A model generated the notes under the pieces. That model was not told the DNA's origin. It saw only the letters and a list, made by a program, of their open reading frames with translations, and ran no database searches. DNA of 64,000 nucleotides from a candidate division FCPU426 bacterium. Its GTDB lineage: Bacteria > Oederibacteriota > Muellerivitia > Muellerivitales > Muellerivitaceae. Numbering within the stretch: the first letter of the stretch is position 1; every line of letters begins with the position of its first letter. The position numbers were made by a program, and so were the translations under genes. The stretch covers positions 64,001 to 128,000 of the forward strand of contig CAWKAR010000024.1 of assembly GCA_963847625.1 (NCBI GenBank), written 5' to 3'. This document shows, one piece after another, positions 59,324-64,000 of this stretch.

Positions 59324-60589
59324 ATGAAAAACTTTCTGATGCTGGGCATTATCTGTCTGGGAATACTCATACCTTTGGCTTGCGCGGACAACAACAACAA
59401 CCCCACGAAGCCGAAGGCGCCGCTAACCGGCGGGACTGTTACTGTGACTGGCACAGTTACTGTTTCAATTTTCACCACCACGAACACGCCTACTCCGACT
59501 GGAACTGTTTTTACAGCCACCCCCACTATTACCGGAACTGTTTTTACGCCCACGAATACCACTACGCCCGTACTATCTCCAACCCCGCCTTATGATTTTG
59601 ATACCGGAACTTCGGCCGAACCCAATGGGATGTATTACGATAAAAATGGAAAAGTACTTTATGTTACGACAGGTGAATATAGGGTTAACGGTGATGTAAC
59701 TATGTTCGAGGCATATAGCGTCATTGGTTATAATCTTTCCGGCGGAGTACAGGGAAATACATATGTTATTGGTTATCCAACCCCGGGAGCTGACCCGCCT
59801 TGGCAGGGAACCACATTGGTAGCGACTTATCCGCAAGGTTTTGCTTATACGCCCTGGAATGGTGGTCATTATGCAATGTTAGACTCTTCGGCAGCTGGCA
59901 GCGCAACTTTGTTCGAGGGTTGTAACGGTTTTCTTCTCGGACAGGTGCCTGTCGGCGATTCCCAATTTCCTACGTACACAGCTGTCGGCTATGGAGGCAG
60001 TCCCTTTATAGCTCCAAGAGCTGTAGCCGGAGATTCTCAAGGAAACTTTTATGTCGCGGATACGGGCAATGGATATATTGATGAATTTGATTCTTATTGT
60101 CGTACCGGACCGCCTCCCAACCCGGATTGGGAACACCGATGGAATGGAATATCCTCCGGAACTCCATTCATAAAACCGGTTGCTGTGGTGGTGGATGATT
60201 TCGACAATGTTTATGTGGGCGATTCTGGATATACTCCATCCATTGTCCAGGAATATTCCTCGGGCGGAACGACTATATTGGGTAGTTGGAAATTACAGCC
60301 TAATTGCATCATTAATGGTTTGGCGGTTGACAGCCTCGGTGATTTTTATGTTTCGGACATCTATGGAGCCGCCACAACGGCTGGTGGCAACGTGGAAGAA
60401 TACCATATCAATAGTTTTAACTCCGCGACTTTAGTGAGGGAGTGGGGCGACCCCCATGGCGTGCATGAATTCCAACCCTTTTATCCTTCTTGTATCGCCC
60501 TTGTTCAACCTTCAGGTGTCCCTGTTGTTCCTTCATTCATCATTGTGGGAGATACCAATAACGACCTACTCAACGTTTTTGGACCTTAG
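59324..60589 (+). CDS. Lipoprotein with Thr/Pro stalk and NHL beta-propeller
   Basis: GAGGGGG RBS, lipobox PLAC, T/P tract, GNFYVADTGN. Ends in VFGP. Confidence 0.85.
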   Translation: MKNFLMLGIICLGILIPLACADNNNNPTKPKAPLTGGTVTVTGTVTVSIFTTTNTPTPTGTVFTATPTITGTVFTPTNTTTPVLSPTPPYDFDTGTSAEPNGMYYDKNGKVLYVTTGEYRVNGDVTMFEAYSVIGYNLSGGVQGNTYVIGYPTPGADPPWQGTTLVATYPQGFAYTPWNGGHYAMLDSSAAGSATLFEGCNGFLLGQVPVGDSQFPTYTAVGYGGSPFIAPRAVAGDSQGNFYVADTGNGYIDEFDSYCRTGPPPNPDWEHRWNGISSGTPFIKPVAVVVDDFDNVYVGDSGYTPSIVQEYSSGGTTILGSWKLQPNCIINGLAVDSLGDFYVSDIYGAATTAGGNVEEYHINSFNSATLVREWGDPHGVHEFQPFYPSCIALVQPSGVPVVPSFIIVGDTNNDLLNVFGP

Positions 60590-61056
60590 AAGAATAGAAA
60601 ATCACCAAAACAAAATTTAACCGATATCCATCCTCGAATTCTCATGATTATTGTACTTGGCATTTTCGCCAATTGTCTTCTTTACCCTGCTGTGCGAGGC
60701 CGCGGCTAACTCAACTGTTCGGAACTTTTTCCACTGCTGGCTATATCGGAACTGGGTAACGTTTAGATATTCCATTCCACCATCAACCATTGATTCAGCC
60801 TAGCTGTGAATGTGGCCCTTACGGTGATTTTTGTGGGATTTTATTTTACAAGTGGACATTGACGCCATGAGTAAGGTAAAAAAGATGGACTTGGTCTGGG
60901 GTTTGAGGTACGGTTGTGGCGAGGTAGCCACGGTCACCTCGTAAAACGCACATTTATACCCGCTGAGGCGGGTGAAAATCCGGTGACGTTAAGGATCATC
61001 CTACGGGGCCGGGATAATTTGAGGACCAACTCTTTTCTCAAGAGGAGCGATTTCTC

Positions 61057-61785
61057 ATGAAGATTTCCCTGAAAATAATTTTAAGCGTCTTTCTCATTCT
61101 GCCAAGCCTGGTAGGCTCGGTCCGTGCCGGACAGCAAGTTTACCTCTCACAATCCCCTAATAACCGCTACCGGATCATGGTGGAACAGATCATCGACCGC
61201 CGGGTCGGGGAAAAGGTGTTCTTCCGCTATCCCATCAGCCTGGTCAACTCCAAAAATGGGCGCCATTTCGAAATTCAGGAGGCCACAACCCCCTTGGTCC
61301 GGGAAACCGAACGCCAAACCTTCCAAGTGCATTGGGATTCCATCCATTTCGACTGGGCCAAGGACAGCTTGAAGCTTTTCATACGGCTGGAAATTATTGA
61401 GGGCACTTGGCGCACATTATTCGTGGACGTGAACAAGGGAACAACGACGGACATCACTGCCGATCTGGAACAATTCATGGTCCAACGGGTCGATTTCCAC
61501 GATTGGGCCTGCCAGGAACCAACCACCGTGCAGGTGGTCCAATGGACCAAACCCTATCTGGCTTTTTTGAAGGTGATAGATATTTGCGGAAAGGACAAGG
61601 AAAAGGAAAACAAGACTCTTTTTTACATGAACGATTCCCTCCTTTTCGACACCCACTTGGGCAAGGCGGTGACTCATTGCGCGGATTGCAAGGATGAAAA
61701 AGCCCTGAAAGTATTCGAGAAGTATTTCCAGTCAACCCAGGCCACACCGACGCCCACCCCCGAGGAAACCCCCGCGGCCCAATAA
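61057..61785 (+). CDS. Secreted hypothetical protein with C-terminal TPTPTP tail
   Basis: GAGGAG RBS, signal peptide ending VRA. Confidence 0.75.
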   Translation: MKISLKIILSVFLILPSLVGSVRAGQQVYLSQSPNNRYRIMVEQIIDRRVGEKVFFRYPISLVNSKNGRHFEIQEATTPLVRETERQTFQVHWDSIHFDWAKDSLKLFIRLEIIEGTWRTLFVDVNKGTTTDITADLEQFMVQRVDFHDWACQEPTTVQVVQWTKPYLAFLKVIDICGKDKEKENKTLFYMNDSLLFDTHLGKAVTHCADCKDEKALKVFEKYFQSTQATPTPTPEETPAAQ

Positions 61786-61939
61786 GCCCGGGGGAACCTT
61801 CAAATGCGAATATATCCCTCACACTCGGTATGCATTTGATTGACGTGCATACCTGCCTTTGCCCGATTCGAGATTTCTTCCCATTTATTGCCAACGTTTT
61901 AAAATTGGTAAAAATGTTCCGGCCTCTTAAACTAAAGGC

Positions 61940-63631
61940 ATGAAAATCTTCCAATCCCCCGGCTCTTTCAGCCTTTACCTCGTCTTTGCCCTACTTTTTT
62001 CCCTGCAAGTGGTTCCTCGAATCGGTTGGGATTCCCTCACGCAGGATGAGCCGACTGACATTACCAATGGCTATTATTATTTGACCCGAGGGGATGTAGC
62101 AACACCCCACAACCATCCACCCTTAGCGGGGGCACTCCAAGCCTGGCCACTGCTTTTCATGCACCTTAAAACCTTTCCTTTCCAAGGAGACGTTATCGAC
62201 CGCGGACATTATTTTCTTTTTGATTGGAACCTGGACCGGTTAGAAGCCATCACTTGGGCCAGCCGCTTGATGAGTTGGGCAATAGGCCTGGGTATAGGGT
62301 TTTTATTGTGGGCGGTGTTAAAAGGCAATCCGGGCTGGCTTTTTTGGGCCTTGTTTTTTTGTACATTCGAACCAATTTTTTCCGCCCTATCCGGTTTGGC
62401 CAAGAGCGATATCGCCCCGACTTTTTTCTTTTTCTTCTCGGTCCTGGCTTTCCAAAATGCGGTTCGGAAACCCTTTTGGGGTTTCTCCTTGGCGGCGGGG
62501 ATCATTTCAGCCATGGCCGTCACTTGTAAATTTTACTGTCTGGTTTTGATCCCGCTTTTCGCGGCCCTGGAATTTTTCAATGAAAGGGAACATCTCAAAC
62601 CGCAGCAAATAACCTGGAAAAATCTACGGCAAATCCGACGCCGCTGGATCATTGGGCTGGCGGGCTTCTTTTTGTGGATTCTTGTGCTTTATCTGCCAGG
62701 AACCCTGTTCCAGCCGGATCATCGCTGGCCTTTCGCCTATTTCATCGACAAATTCAAGGAGGACCTTGTTTTCGCTGGCTCTTCCCATGTGGTTTTTTTC
62801 CTGGGTCACACCGGACTGCAAAGTCATTGGTATTATTTCCCTGTCGCTTTCGTATTGAAGGAACCCCTTCCATTCCTGTTCCTTTTGGCCGTTTGCGTTT
62901 ATTTGCAAATAACCGGAAGAATCGTCCTATCGGCCTGGCAATGGGTTTCCCCTCTGTTTTTTGCCCTGGCGGTTTTGCCTGCTCCGAACTTGGGGGTGAG
63001 ATATCTTTTGCCGGCTTTACCATTTCTCTTCTTGATGGGGGGCAAAACCGCTTCCGCCCTATGGCAATCGGCAAAAGGCCAAAACGCCAAAGCAGGGAAA
63101 CTATTAGTTGGGGGTTTGGCGCTTTGGCAGGTAACCAGCGTTTTGTTAAGCTTCCCGGGCGCGATCGGTTACTTCAATGACCTGGTTCCGGATGGAAAAA
63201 AAATATCCCTACTCGGCGATTCCAACCTGGATTGGGGGCAGGATTTAAAAAGGCTCGCCGCCGTGGCTGGAGCCCGGAAATGGAAAAGGGTTAAATTAGC
63301 GTATTTAGGAAGCGTCGACCCGAAAGTGTACGGCCTCGACTGGGAACCCTGGTCGCCGGCGGATTTGAAAGGGCCCCTAGCGGGAACAGTTTACGCCGTG
63401 AACTCGGGGTTCCTGCAATTGGCCCCGTTGAGCTATCCAACCACGCGGGCAATTGCCGAAAGCTGGATCCGCCAGGCAACACTTTCCGGGAAAGTGGGGG
63501 ATAGTTGGTATTTCTTTGAGGTGCCCGGCCAGCTCTCAAAAGATAAGGAGAAAAACTTTCTACCCTCTGCGCCTTTTTTACAGTACAGGGGTTATGTCCC
63601 CTATCCTCCGTCGGGCCCGGCGGTTCAGTAA
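61940..63631 (+). CDS. GT-C fold (PMT/ArnT-like, GT39) glycosyltransferase
   Basis: TQDEP, HPP, CKF, GVRYLLP and LGDSNLDWGQD. Paralog of 19198-20844. Confidence 0.8.
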   Translation: MKIFQSPGSFSLYLVFALLFSLQVVPRIGWDSLTQDEPTDITNGYYYLTRGDVATPHNHPPLAGALQAWPLLFMHLKTFPFQGDVIDRGHYFLFDWNLDRLEAITWASRLMSWAIGLGIGFLLWAVLKGNPGWLFWALFFCTFEPIFSALSGLAKSDIAPTFFFFFSVLAFQNAVRKPFWGFSLAAGIISAMAVTCKFYCLVLIPLFAALEFFNEREHLKPQQITWKNLRQIRRRWIIGLAGFFLWILVLYLPGTLFQPDHRWPFAYFIDKFKEDLVFAGSSHVVFFLGHTGLQSHWYYFPVAFVLKEPLPFLFLLAVCVYLQITGRIVLSAWQWVSPLFFALAVLPAPNLGVRYLLPALPFLFLMGGKTASALWQSAKGQNAKAGKLLVGGLALWQVTSVLLSFPGAIGYFNDLVPDGKKISLLGDSNLDWGQDLKRLAAVAGARKWKRVKLAYLGSVDPKVYGLDWEPWSPADLKGPLAGTVYAVNSGFLQLAPLSYPTTRAIAESWIRQATLSGKVGDSWYFFEVPGQLSKDKEKNFLPSAPFLQYRGYVPYPPSGPAVQ

Positions 63632-63833
63632 CCTCTTTATTGATTCTCGAGGATCAAATCGGCCAAGACGAACCCATGGTTAAAATAATCCGTAGAAGGT
63701 TTCCGATTTGAGATAATGGGAATGGGCGTACTCGAAAAGGGATATTCGCCCTTTGACTGCATTATTGGGATTTGGCGTCAAGTATCCATGTTTTTGATTA
63801 AATAAAATCTTCGAAGTTCCAGGAGAAGGATTC

Positions 63834-64000
63834 ATGCCCATTTTTGACCTGCCGTTAAAACGGCTTAAAACCTACAAGGGGACAAATCCCAAACCCAAGG
63901 ATTTTGAAAGCTATTGGGACCGGGCTTTGAAGGAAATGAAATCCATTGATCCCCGAGTGGAGTTATCGCCCAACAAAACCATTAAGGCCGGCTTCGCTGA
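63834..64000 (+). CDS. Acetylxylan esterase / cephalosporin-C deacetylase (CE7), 3' partial
   Basis: Not in the ORF track. AGGAG RBS, then MPIFDLPLKRLKTYKGTNPKPKDFESYWDRALKEM. Confidence 0.8.
   Translation, partial: MPIFDLPLKRLKTYKGTNPKPKDFESYWDRALKEMKSIDPRVELSPNKTIKAGFA

Noticed and set aside
60960..61015. Cobalamin or FMN riboswitch
   Set aside because: GGTGAAAATCCG resembles their T-loop motif, but the other conserved boxes are absent. Kept only as an unknown structured RNA.

Overview
Bacterial chromosomal window from a diderm organism (outer-membrane barrels, TolC, lipoproteins). It carries mostly housekeeping, envelope and metabolic genes: an ABC permease and AttH/CrtC-like pair, zwf-opcA-(IS30)-pgl, tkt, three GT-C glycosyltransferases, a MarR-TolC-EmrA operon with no EmrB, trmL, mprF, tandem pdxH, tRNA-Ser(CGA), serS, beta-carbonic anhydrase, ald, and a repeated beta-barrel/NHL-lipoprotein cluster. 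An accessory island of about 11.5 kb (about 28730-40260) holds gene remnants, a 42-43 bp tandem repeat array, an orphan Rhs toxin/immunity pair, IS1380 and the main finding. That finding is a REP-associated (RAYT-like) HUH tyrosine transposase element in which both terminal inverted repeats carry an IS110/IS1111-type bridge-recombinase element at the same AG/CT dinucleotide. The non-coding right end of that IS folds into a bridge/seek RNA whose internal-loop guides (GACCCCTT and GGACAAAG) spell out the reconstructed target GGACAA-AG-GGGTC. All calls come from reading the sequence and the ORF track; no searches were run.
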